Source of the DNA: an uncultured Actinomycetes bacterium
Lineage (GTDB): Bacteria > SZUA-79 > Acidulodesulfobacterales > Acidulodesulfobacteraceae
Length of the DNA stretch: 64,000 nucleotides
Reading direction: 5' to 3'
Assembly: GCA_964631685.1 (NCBI GenBank)
Contig: CAZVZU010000002.1
Span: 64,001 to 128,000 of the forward strand
Notes under the pieces: model-generated
Seen by the model: the letters and a program-made list of their open reading frames with translations, nothing else
The model's database searches: none
What the model was told of the DNA's origin: nothing
Position numbers and translations under genes: made by a program
Shown here: positions 33,721 to 42,758 of the stretch, piece after piece
Numbering within the stretch: position 1 is the stretch's first letter
Layout: each line of letters starts with the position of its first letter

Positions 33721-34866
33721 ATGAAAACCGATTTTTTGGTATCTAAAAAAGGGCAATTTAAAAAACTTGTTTCATACGGTCAAAGCCCGTGGCTTGATAA
33801 TATATCTCGGTGTTTAATTGATTCCGGCGAACTTGAACAATTAGTACAAAACGGCATTATCACCGGAATAACGTCTAATCCGTCTATTTTTGAAAAATCT
33901 ATTAATTCAGGAAAATGCGGATACCCCGAGTTGATTAAGAAACTATCTTCGGAAAAATTAGACCCCTTTACGATATACGACACTATTACGCGTGAAGATA
34001 TTAAAAAAACTGCAGAGATTCTTTCTCCGGTTTTTTTAGAAACAGGTGGCAATGACGGATTTGTCAGCATAGAGGTACCACCTAACATTGCAACAAATGT
34101 CGAAACATCTATAAATGAAGCTCAAAGAATATCTTCACTTATAAACAGAGAAAATGTCCTTATCAAAATACCTGCGACAAAAGAAGGTCTTGAAATTATC
34201 CCCGCACTGCTATCTGAAGGTATAAACGTTAACGTAACATTAATGTTTTCGCTGAACCACTATGTTGATGTGGCAAATGCTTATATGGACGGACTTAAAA
34301 GAGCTTTAAAAAATGGATTTGATTTGAAAAATATTCATTCCGTTGCAAGTATTTTTGTCAGCAGGCTCGACACAATGGTAGACAGTAAATTAGAAGAATT
34401 GATCAGAAATACTGATGACACATCCAAAGAGGAACAAATTGAAAATTTAAAAGGAAAGGCTGGTGTAGCAAATTCAAAAATAATTTTCAAGAAGTATAGC
34501 GAGATCTTTGAGAGTGGTAGTAAATTTGCGTCACTCAGAAAAAAAGGAGCCAATATTCAGCGGCTTTTATGGGCAAGTACAAGCATCAAAAATCCTGCAT
34601 ATTATGACTTAAAATATGTCGAGCCCCTGATAGGTAAAAATACAATAAATACACTGCCGAACGAGACTATCGTGCATATCGCGGAACACGGGAATTTAAT
34701 ACCTGAGACCGCATCTAAAGATATGGACTATTCTATGAAGGTCAATAAAGAATTACTGGAAATAGGTATAGATTTAAACAAGTTCGGAGAAATATTACAG
34801 TCAAACGGCGTAAAATCATTTGAGGATTCATATGAAAAGCTACTTAAATCAATTGAAAATATCTAA
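33721..34866 (+). CDS. tal: Transaldolase (long type)
   Basis: GQSPWLDNI, GITSNPSIF, IKIPAT (Schiff-base Lys), NVTLMFS, ASIFVSRLD, QRLLWAST. Confidence 0.95.
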   Translation: MKTDFLVSKKGQFKKLVSYGQSPWLDNISRCLIDSGELEQLVQNGIITGITSNPSIFEKSINSGKCGYPELIKKLSSEKLDPFTIYDTITREDIKKTAEILSPVFLETGGNDGFVSIEVPPNIATNVETSINEAQRISSLINRENVLIKIPATKEGLEIIPALLSEGINVNVTLMFSLNHYVDVANAYMDGLKRALKNGFDLKNIHSVASIFVSRLDTMVDSKLEELIRNTDDTSKEEQIENLKGKAGVANSKIIFKKYSEIFESGSKFASLRKKGANIQRLLWASTSIKNPAYYDLKYVEPLIGKNTINTLPNETIVHIAEHGNLIPETASKDMDYSMKVNKELLEIGIDLNKFGEILQSNGVKSFEDSYEKLLKSIENI

Positions 34867-34887
34867 CGGAAGGAGGCATTCAATATA

Positions 34888-36822
34888 ATGGAAATTAATA
34901 AAGGATTTGATAGAGCAGGCCTATCCGAAAAAGAAATAGAATTTTTAAATAATTTTACAAAAAAATGCAGGGGAGATATTTTAAGGATGACTACACTTGC
35001 TAGTTCAGGGCACCCCGGCGGCTCAATGTCATCAATTGACATATATGCTATTTTGTATGGGTTTTGTAATCTGGATAAAACTGAACCCTTTAAACAAAAT
35101 AGAGATAGGATTGTGATAAGCCACGGGCACACTACTCCGGGTGTTTATTCGTCCTTGGGAAATTACGGCTTTTTTGACATAAACGATGCAATTACAAATT
35201 TTAGATGCGCGGGGTCTCCTTTTGAGGGACATGTGGAAAGAACTGTTCCCGGGATAGAGTGGAATACCGGCAATCTCGGACAGGGACTTTCTGCCGCCTG
35301 CGGATTTGCCTTAAATTCCCGCATGAGTAAACTTAAATTTAACGTCTATTGCGTAATGGGGGACGGAGAACAGGCGAAGGGTCAGATAGGAGAAGCAAGG
35401 AGATTTGCAGTAAAGTATAAATTAAACAACCTAACGGTTATTGTAGATAAAAACGGACTGCAAATCGGCGGGAAAGTATCTGATATTATGCCTAACAATA
35501 TTAGAGAAAATTTTTTGGCTGACGGATTTCATCCTATAGAAATAGATGGACATAATTTTAACGAAATATATTCGGCTATAAAAAAAGCCGGGGAAATTGA
35601 TTCGCCGGTGGTCATTATCGCTAATACAATAATGGGGAAGGGTGTATCCTTCATGGAAAATAATCCCAAATATCATGGATCTGTTTTGGGCTTAGATGAC
35701 TGCAGGAAAGCATTATCCGAACTTGGCGAATCGGACGATATTGATGTATTTTTAAAGAAAAAGAAATTAGGGTTGCCAATAAAACCGCTTAGACAAAATA
35801 AGAATAATTTTTTAATCTTAGCTTCAGATGACACAAATATCGTCTACACAAGGGAAAGAGATACAGATAACCGTTCAGCATTTGGCAATGCGCTGTATGA
35901 TATAGCGAAAAATTATAAGGAGCATAACAATTCCGCGGATATTCCTTTTGCTGTGTTCGACTGTGATCTTGAGGGCTCGGTAAAAACGGGCGCATTCAGA
36001 AAAGCTTTTCCCGATAATTTTTTTGAGTCCGGCATAGAAGAACATAATACATCTGTTATATCCGGCGCGTTGTCAATTGAAAATATCCTTACATTTTTTG
36101 CCGATTTCGGTGTCTTCGGAATCGATGAAGTCTATAACCAACAAAGGCTTAACGATATAAATAATGCTAACTTAAAGGTAATATGCACCCACTGCGGCAT
36201 AGATGTCGGAGAGGATGGAAAAACACATCAATGTATTGATTATTTCGGTGCACTTAATTCAACCTTTGGATTTAAGGTTATCATTCCCGCAGATCCTAAC
36301 CAGACCGACAAGGCTACCCGGTATATATCCTCTAATGCGGGTAATTTTGCCTTAATTATGGGACGTTCGATCATCCCTGTAATGTTGGGGGACAATGGAC
36401 AACCATTTTTCGGAGAAGACTATGTATTTAAGTACGGCAAGATGGATATCATCAGAAATGGAATGGATGTGGCTATATTGTCCACCGGGAATATGCTGGC
36501 TCACGCATTAAAGGGGTATGACCTTCTAAAAAAAGACGGGGTAAATCCACTGCTTCTGAACATTTCATGTCCAAGCGACATCGACGTTGAAGATCTAAAG
36601 CTTGCTGCAAAAACAGGTTTTATAGTCACAATAGAAGACCATAATGTAAAAACAGGCGTCGGCACTGTTATAGGATCAATGCTAGCCGAAAACGAAATAA
36701 CGGTAAAATTTAGGAAATTAGGAGCAACATCCTACAACTCTTCTGGTAAAGCTATCGAGTTGTATAAATTGGCAGGCCTCTCGCCACAAGACCTATATAA
36801 TTTTGTCAAGAAGGAAATTTAA
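34888..36822 (+). CDS. tkt: Transketolase
   Basis: SGHPGGSMS, TGNLGQG, GDGE ThDP motif, GEDGKTHQ. Confidence 0.93.
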   Translation: MEINKGFDRAGLSEKEIEFLNNFTKKCRGDILRMTTLASSGHPGGSMSSIDIYAILYGFCNLDKTEPFKQNRDRIVISHGHTTPGVYSSLGNYGFFDINDAITNFRCAGSPFEGHVERTVPGIEWNTGNLGQGLSAACGFALNSRMSKLKFNVYCVMGDGEQAKGQIGEARRFAVKYKLNNLTVIVDKNGLQIGGKVSDIMPNNIRENFLADGFHPIEIDGHNFNEIYSAIKKAGEIDSPVVIIANTIMGKGVSFMENNPKYHGSVLGLDDCRKALSELGESDDIDVFLKKKKLGLPIKPLRQNKNNFLILASDDTNIVYTRERDTDNRSAFGNALYDIAKNYKEHNNSADIPFAVFDCDLEGSVKTGAFRKAFPDNFFESGIEEHNTSVISGALSIENILTFFADFGVFGIDEVYNQQRLNDINNANLKVICTHCGIDVGEDGKTHQCIDYFGALNSTFGFKVIIPADPNQTDKATRYISSNAGNFALIMGRSIIPVMLGDNGQPFFGEDYVFKYGKMDIIRNGMDVAILSTGNMLAHALKGYDLLKKDGVNPLLLNISCPSDIDVEDLKLAAKTGFIVTIEDHNVKTGVGTVIGSMLAENEITVKFRKLGATSYNSSGKAIELYKLAGLSPQDLYNFVKKEI

Positions 36823-38330
36823 CCGTCTTTCCAAAATCTGCCGTCGGTATTAATCAGGTCATTTGCCCTCTTTGGTCCGCATGTACCTGATTCATAGTTT
36901 GGAAATGTTGCGGTTTCTATTTTTGACCAGCCGTTCATTATAGATGTGATTAGTTGCCATGCAATGAGCAAATCATCGTATCTTGCAAAAAGGGTCTGAT
37001 CCCCGATTATTATATCATAAAGAAGCCTTTCGTATGCATCCGGGGGAGAAAGCTTAAATGACGATTTGTAATTAAATACCATATTGACGGGTTCTATATC
37101 CATTTTAAAACCCGGCATCTTGGCACCAAAATTTATAGAAATACCCTCATTTGGCTGAATTGAGATTACAATGGAATTTTGTTTGATCTTTTCTATTCCA
37201 CCCTTTCCGAACAAACTATACGGCAACTTCTTAAAGAAAATGGCTATCTCCGTCTTATGAGTCTTTAACCTTTTGCCTGCCCTCAAATAAAACGGAACCC
37301 CTGCCCATCTATAATTGTCAATATAAAGCCTTAAGGCAGTATAAGTCTCTGTGTTCGAATTTAATGCAACACCCTTTTCCTCTTTGTAACTTACGACAGA
37401 TTTATTGTCAATCAAACCCCTATCGTATTGCCCTCTCACTGTAAAATTTTTTACATCGTTTAAGCTGAATGGCCTGATACTTTTTAGAAGTTTCGCCTTC
37501 TCATTCCTTATGTCATCTGCGTCAAAAAGCGACGGTGGTTCAATGGCAACCAACGAAAGCAATTGCATCATATGGTTCTGCATCATATCCCTTATGATGC
37601 CAGATTTATCGAAATAACCCGCTCTTAAACCCACGCCAATAGACTCTAACGCGGATATCTGCACATGGTCTATATATTTATTATTCCATATCGGCTCAAA
37701 GATAGCATTTGAAAACCTGAACGCTAATATATTTTGAACCGTCTCCTTCCCTAGATAATGATCGATCCTATATATTTCATCTTCTTTAAATACGGAAGCC
37801 AATTTACCGTTCAATTCCCTCGCGCTTTCATAATCATAGCCAAATGGTTTTTCAATTACAATCTTTGAAAAACCACCATTCTTAAATTCGCTGGAGGTAA
37901 GATCTGCTTTATTAATATTATCTATCACAACAGAATAAACACTTGGAGGCGTAGAAAGGTAGTAAACAATATTTTTCGGCATGCTATACTCAGAAGCTTT
38001 AGAAGTAACAAATTTACCTAGTGCCTTATAACTTGACTCATCATCATATTTTGAAGTCAGATAAAATACATGTCTAGAAAAATCTGAAAATACCCGTTCA
38101 TCCACGGGTCTCTTTCTGCAATTCATATTTAAAGCATCAAAAATTGTTTTCCTAAAAGTATCGTCATCAAACTTTGTTCTCGCAAACCCAACGATAAAAA
38201 AATTGTCAGGAAAAAACCCGTCTTCCCACAAACTATACAAAGCAGGAAATATCTTAATGTGCGCCAAATCACCGCTTGCTCCAAAAATAGCAATAATGGA
38301 AGGTTTCATCTCGGCCATACCTATCCTCAT
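36819..38330 (-). CDS. zwf: Glucose-6-phosphate 1-dehydrogenase
   Basis: FGASGDLA, IEKPFG, RIDHYLGKE, RDMMQNH. Confidence 0.97.
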   Translation of the reverse strand: MRIGMAEMKPSIIAIFGASGDLAHIKIFPALYSLWEDGFFPDNFFIVGFARTKFDDDTFRKTIFDALNMNCRKRPVDERVFSDFSRHVFYLTSKYDDESSYKALGKFVTSKASEYSMPKNIVYYLSTPPSVYSVVIDNINKADLTSSEFKNGGFSKIVIEKPFGYDYESARELNGKLASVFKEDEIYRIDHYLGKETVQNILAFRFSNAIFEPIWNNKYIDHVQISALESIGVGLRAGYFDKSGIIRDMMQNHMMQLLSLVAIEPPSLFDADDIRNEKAKLLKSIRPFSLNDVKNFTVRGQYDRGLIDNKSVVSYKEEKGVALNSNTETYTALRLYIDNYRWAGVPFYLRAGKRLKTHKTEIAIFFKKLPYSLFGKGGIEKIKQNSIVISIQPNEGISINFGAKMPGFKMDIEPVNMVFNYKSSFKLSPPDAYERLLYDIIIGDQTLFARYDDLLIAWQLITSIMNGWSKIETATFPNYESGTCGPKRANDLINTDGRFWKDG

Positions 38331-38352
38331 TTTATGAAAATCTATTACTTAT

Positions 38353-38979
38353 TTATTTTTCTAGTAAAACCCTTGCCGGCGCCCCGTCAGAATCTTTGAT
38401 TTTAATCGGTAACGCGATTAACCTGTAATTTCCCGGCATCACGCCGCAGAGACTAAGCCCCTCAATAATGACAATATTGGAGCTTAAAAGAATCTTGTGT
38501 GTATCATGTCCCATATGAAACCCTTCAACAGAAAGGTAGTCCACCCCAACTAAAATTACCCTTTTTTCTGCGAGATAGCTTGCTCCGTCTGCGTCAACAT
38601 AAACATAATCTTCATGAAAATTTTTATCGCGGTTACTTATCCAAAGCGAATTTTTCGTCTTAAATAGCAATCTTTCGCCTTTTTTTATATCATGCGCCGC
38701 AAGAACATCCCTTGAAATTACACTAATATCTTTGTTTACTTCAATAACCCTGCAATGACCAACCAATGTATTTATGCTTAACCGATCGATACCAACACCT
38801 TCCTCTATAAAATGGTGCGGGGCATCAATATGCGTTCCTGTATGTGTCCCGCAGGTTATTTCACTATTATTTGCGCTATCCCCGTTTTTGATATTAGAAA
38901 AATGCCTAATAGTAACACCGGGGTCGGTCGGCCAGTGAAGCATTCCAGCCTCTATATTCATACTTATATCAATTAACAT
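38353..38979 (-). CDS. Cyclase-family (KynB-like) metal-dependent hydrolase
   Basis: HTGTHIDAPHH motif, GVDYLS, IIEGL, DGAPAR. Confidence 0.9.
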   Translation of the reverse strand: MLIDISMNIEAGMLHWPTDPGVTIRHFSNIKNGDSANNSEITCGTHTGTHIDAPHHFIEEGVGIDRLSINTLVGHCRVIEVNKDISVISRDVLAAHDIKKGERLLFKTKNSLWISNRDKNFHEDYVYVDADGASYLAEKRVILVGVDYLSVEGFHMGHDTHKILLSSNIVIIEGLSLCGVMPGNYRLIALPIKIKDSDGAPARVLLEK

Positions 38980-39068
38980 CTTACTTATCCTTTTATTGTG
39001 TCATATAACAAACCACCGATGAACAAATGTTTATACTTGGAAGTGGAACAAAGGACACAGCATCCCGC

Positions 39069-39962
39069 TTACTTATGGATAGGGTGTCCGCCGAACTGAT
39101 GCCTCAACGCCGCCAACATCCTTGCGGCATATGAATTGTCTTGTCTTGACCTAAACCTCATAAAAACCGCATCTGCTATCACAGGTGCAGGAACAGCCAT
39201 ATCTATCGCTTCCTTAAGCGTCCAACGCCCTTCACCGGAATCATCAACAATAGGCTTTAAATTATCAAGCTCCGGATCGCCCTTAAGCGCGTTGCGGACA
39301 AGCTCTAAAAGCCATGAACGAATAACAGATGAATGATCCCATAGATCAGCAACCTTTTCAAGATCCAAATCAAAATTGGATGTCTTCATGATTTCGAATC
39401 CCTCCGAGTATGCCTCCATCATTCCATATTCAATTGCATTATGAACCATTTTTACAAAATGTCCCGAACCGCCCCTGCCGGCGTGCAGGTAACCGTCCTT
39501 GGGCGCAAGTGTTTTAAAAATAGGTTCGCAACGGTTGAAGGCATCGTTATCTCCACCAATCATAACACAATAGCCCTCTTTTAACCCCCAAATACCGCCA
39601 CTTGTCCCGCAATCCAAAAATTTAATACCCTTTTTATCGCAAATATCATATCTTCTGAGTGAATCTTTGTAGTATGAGTTACCACCGTCTATAATCACAT
39701 CATCTTTTTGCACATATTCCAACACCTCATCTAACATCTTGTCGGTCGGCTCCCCGCTTGGAACCATTAGCCATACAACCCTTGGAGGAGCAAGCTTTTC
39801 TATCAATTCTTTAATGGAACCTGACCCTATTGCACCTTTATTGATTACATGCTCCTCTTTTGATATTGTCCTATTAAAAACAACAACCTTATGCTTTCCT
39901 TCAAGGAGCCTAAACACCATATTCATTCCCATTTTTCCAAGCCCAATCATCCCTAGTTCCAT
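39069..39962 (-). CDS. gnd: 6-phosphogluconate dehydrogenase, decarboxylating (short form)
   Basis: GLGKMG, IDGGNS, GHFVKMVHNAIEYG, ALRHQFGGH. Confidence 0.95.
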   Translation of the reverse strand: MELGMIGLGKMGMNMVFRLLEGKHKVVVFNRTISKEEHVINKGAIGSGSIKELIEKLAPPRVVWLMVPSGEPTDKMLDEVLEYVQKDDVIIDGGNSYYKDSLRRYDICDKKGIKFLDCGTSGGIWGLKEGYCVMIGGDNDAFNRCEPIFKTLAPKDGYLHAGRGGSGHFVKMVHNAIEYGMMEAYSEGFEIMKTSNFDLDLEKVADLWDHSSVIRSWLLELVRNALKGDPELDNLKPIVDDSGEGRWTLKEAIDMAVPAPVIADAVFMRFRSRQDNSYAARMLAALRHQFGGHPIHK

Positions 39963-40017
39963 CTTCCGCGCCTCCTATGTTTAAAATTTTATGTTATGTG
40001 TATTTAAACCTTCTACT

Positions 40018-40046
40018 ATTGTAATACCATTAATGGTCGGAATCAA
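40018..40046 (-). promoter_or_regulatory. Sigma70-type promoter for gnd-cyclase-zwf with a palindrome in the spacer
   Basis: TTGATT-17 nt-TACAAT; ACCATTAATGGT at 40026-40037. Confidence 0.65.
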
Positions 40047-40096
40047 CATTGCGCCTGTTAAATTTTTTATCGGCAACCTTTTTTAGCAAGATACAA

Positions 40097-40861
40097 TTAT
40101 TTTCCCGTGAGACTTTTGCCTACCTCCCTCAAAATATCAATTGGAATAGGCATTATCATTGTAGTATTATTGGTTGCAGAAATTTCATTTAATGTTTGTA
40201 AATAGCGAAGTTGAAGAGCGATAGGATTCTCAGAAATAATCTTGGCAGCGTCGCTAAGCTTTCGGGATGCCTGATATTCTCCATCCGCATTGATAACCTT
40301 TGCCCTTCTATCCCTTTCGGCCTCCGCCTGTCTTGCCATAGCCCTTTGCATATCTTGCGGCAAGTCTATTTGTTTAAGCTCTACTATTGTAACCTTGATG
40401 CCCCATGAACCGGTATGCTTGTCTAGTATATCTTGAATCTCTAAATTGATTTTTTCCCTTTCCGATAAGAGTTTATCGAGTTCCGCCTGACCGCAAATAC
40501 TTCTCAACGTAGTTTGCGCAAGCTGCGTCACTGCATAGTTATAATCGTAAACCTGCACTATAGCCTTAAGCGGATCAATAATTTTGTAGTACACCACTGC
40601 ACTAATCTTTAATGTTACATTGTCCTTAGTAATAACATCCTGCGGCGAAACATCTAATGTGATCAACCTTAAGGTCACCTTAACCATCCTATCTATCATG
40701 GGCCATAGGAGTATCATGCCCGGACCCTTAACCTTAAATGCTCTACCCATCCTAAAGATAAGCGCTCTATCGTACTCCCTAATTATCCTCATGGAATTTA
40801 AAATTATAAAAAACGCAATAATGATAATAATTGACAAAAATATAGTCATAATAGTCTCCAA
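40097..40861 (-). CDS. SPFH/stomatin (band 7) protein
   Basis: [33 protein letters not shown]. Confidence 0.93.
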   Translation of the reverse strand: METIMTIFLSIIIIIAFFIILNSMRIIREYDRALIFRMGRAFKVKGPGMILLWPMIDRMVKVTLRLITLDVSPQDVITKDNVTLKISAVVYYKIIDPLKAIVQVYDYNYAVTQLAQTTLRSICGQAELDKLLSEREKINLEIQDILDKHTGSWGIKVTIVELKQIDLPQDMQRAMARQAEAERDRRAKVINADGEYQASRKLSDAAKIISENPIALQLRYLQTLNEISATNNTTMIMPIPIDILREVGKSLTGK

Positions 40862-40878
40862 ATTAAGTGGAATGTTCG

Positions 40879-41337
40879 TTATTTATTATTTTTATCAAAA
40901 GGCTTAACATCTAGCCTTAATTGACCATCTAAATTAATTACAATTGCTTCTGCACCCTTTAATATTTCATAATCAGAATAAGCCGTCCATAATTCACCAT
41001 TAACAAGAATCTTTCCCTCTTTTGTCGATTTAATATCTCTAACAATTTCTCCAACCTCACCTATTAAGGCACTTTTGCCTGCCTTAACCCTTGTTTTATG
41101 TGCTTTATACGCCAAATAGACAACTATAGATATAAATACCGTTAGAACAACGTAGGTTGGCAAAACAATCCTGATAAAAAAACTGGGAACGGTATGCATA
41201 ACCGAAAAAAGCACTATCGTCCCAATAATAAAAAATATTGCGCCGGCAGTCGTAAAGACACCATAGCTCATTGCAAAAAAATCAGCAATAACCAATATAA
41301 AGGCTATAAATATTAGAATATCCGCAAAATAGACCAT
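40879..41337 (-). CDS. NfeD-family membrane protein (short form, no protease domain)
   Basis: Hydrophobic N-half then [12 protein letters not shown]; directly upstream of SPFH gene. Confidence 0.85.
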   Translation of the reverse strand: MVYFADILIFIAFILVIADFFAMSYGVFTTAGAIFFIIGTIVLFSVMHTVPSFFIRIVLPTYVVLTVFISIVVYLAYKAHKTRVKAGKSALIGEVGEIVRDIKSTKEGKILVNGELWTAYSDYEILKGAEAIVINLDGQLRLDVKPFDKNNK

Positions 41338-41351
41338 AAATTTACTCCCAT

Positions 41352-42074
41352 CTAACTAATTATCTTAGAATACAAATCCCGTATCTTTTTCATATCTTCC
41401 CATGTTTCCCTTTTAGCATTAGTATTCCGCATTAAATAAGATGGGTGATAAGTAGGTATTACCAGAATGCCGTTATAATCAAATTCTTTTCCTCTAACAG
41501 CCGATATTGTCCCTTTATCTGTTCCTATAATAAATTCTGTTGAAAATTTTCCGAGCGTACATATTATCTTTGGACTTATTATTTGAATTTGTTCCTTTAA
41601 AAACGGCGCGCATTGCTTTATCTCTTCTTCAATCGGATTCCTATTTTCCGGGGGACGACATTTTATTATGTTAGCTATGTAAACATCATCTCTTTTGAGA
41701 TTTATAGATTCAATTATTTTTGTTAAAAGCTTACCTGCTCTACCAACAAAAGGTCTTCCCGTGCTATCTTCATCCGCTCCAGGTGCCTCCCCTATAAACA
41801 TAAGTATACTTGAAGGATTTCCCTCACCAAAAACTACATTCTTACGTGTTTCGCTTAATTTACATCTTGCGCATTCGTTTACAACTGAATCCTTCATAAA
41901 TTTTAACTTATCCGCTTTGTTGCTTATACTACTCTTATGTTCCATAACGGGGTCATTTAAGATTTTAGATTCAGACGCAGAAGAACCTACCGTAAAATAC
42001 TCTTTATGACATTCTATAAAATATTTAACATCCTTTAAAAATAGGTGTGTATCAAAACCGAGTGCACAATCCAT
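41352..42074 (-). CDS. Uracil-DNA glycosylase family 4 (Fe-S)
   Basis: CARC, GEAPG, GRPFVG, KCRPP, TYHPS. Confidence 0.93.
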   Translation of the reverse strand: MDCALGFDTHLFLKDVKYFIECHKEYFTVGSSASESKILNDPVMEHKSSISNKADKLKFMKDSVVNECARCKLSETRKNVVFGEGNPSSILMFIGEAPGADEDSTGRPFVGRAGKLLTKIIESINLKRDDVYIANIIKCRPPENRNPIEEEIKQCAPFLKEQIQIISPKIICTLGKFSTEFIIGTDKGTISAVRGKEFDYNGILVIPTYHPSYLMRNTNAKRETWEDMKKIRDLYSKIIS

Positions 42075-42109
42075 GGTATTTATTAAACTATCATATTAAG
42101 CATATAAAA

Positions 42110-42727
42110 TTATAGGGCTAATCCTATTTTAAAAGCCTTTAAATTATCCTTTGGCCCTTTACCTGCCGAAAGAACATGTTCCACCGCAATTTTGTTAATC
42201 GGAATACCTGTTTTAGCGAACAGAACACCCAAGGCAATAATATTTCTTTGAGTAAGAGAATTAAAGTTATTAATAGAAATTTCATCTAGGTCATAAACAA
42301 ATATCTTTTCGGTTATTTTTTTCAACTCATTTACTATATGGGAAAGCTCAGGATAAGATGTTTGTCCCATTCTGACACTAATAGGAATACGTGGCATTTT
42401 ATTAAAAATTACGGTTGAATGATTGTTTAAATACCGTGCTCCCCTTAATGTCTCAAGCGGCTCCAGTGATATCAAAACATCCGCGCCACCGGATTCTATC
42501 ATTGGAGAATGAATGTTTTTTTTAGCATCTTTAAGTTCTGAACTATTTTCATAAAAAATATATTTCACAAACGTTTCGACATACCCTTCCCGCTGGGCGC
42601 CACCCCGCCTCTCAGAGCCGGATACATCTCGCAAATCAGAACTAAGCGCAGCATTCTTCAAAACAGTCCCCATAGTTATAATGCCCTGTCCTCCAAGACC
42701 AACTATTGCTATATTAAACCTTTTCAT
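42110..42727 (-). CDS. iorB: Indolepyruvate/2-oxoacid:ferredoxin oxidoreductase, beta subunit
   Basis: GLGGQG, AQREG, LEPLETLR; downstream of iorA. Confidence 0.85.
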   Translation of the reverse strand: MKRFNIAIVGLGGQGIITMGTVLKNAALSSDLRDVSGSERRGGAQREGYVETFVKYIFYENSSELKDAKKNIHSPMIESGGADVLISLEPLETLRGARYLNNHSTVIFNKMPRIPISVRMGQTSYPELSHIVNELKKITEKIFVYDLDEISINNFNSLTQRNIIALGVLFAKTGIPINKIAVEHVLSAGKGPKDNLKAFKIGLAL

Positions 42728-42758
42728 TTAAAGAATAAGACTCCCATATAAATTATAA

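Noticed and set aside
38980..39068. Possible structured RNA in the gnd-cyclase spacer (TGTGTC/GACACA, CCAC/GTGG)
   Set aside because: Stems are short and discontinuous, with no match to a family I recognise.
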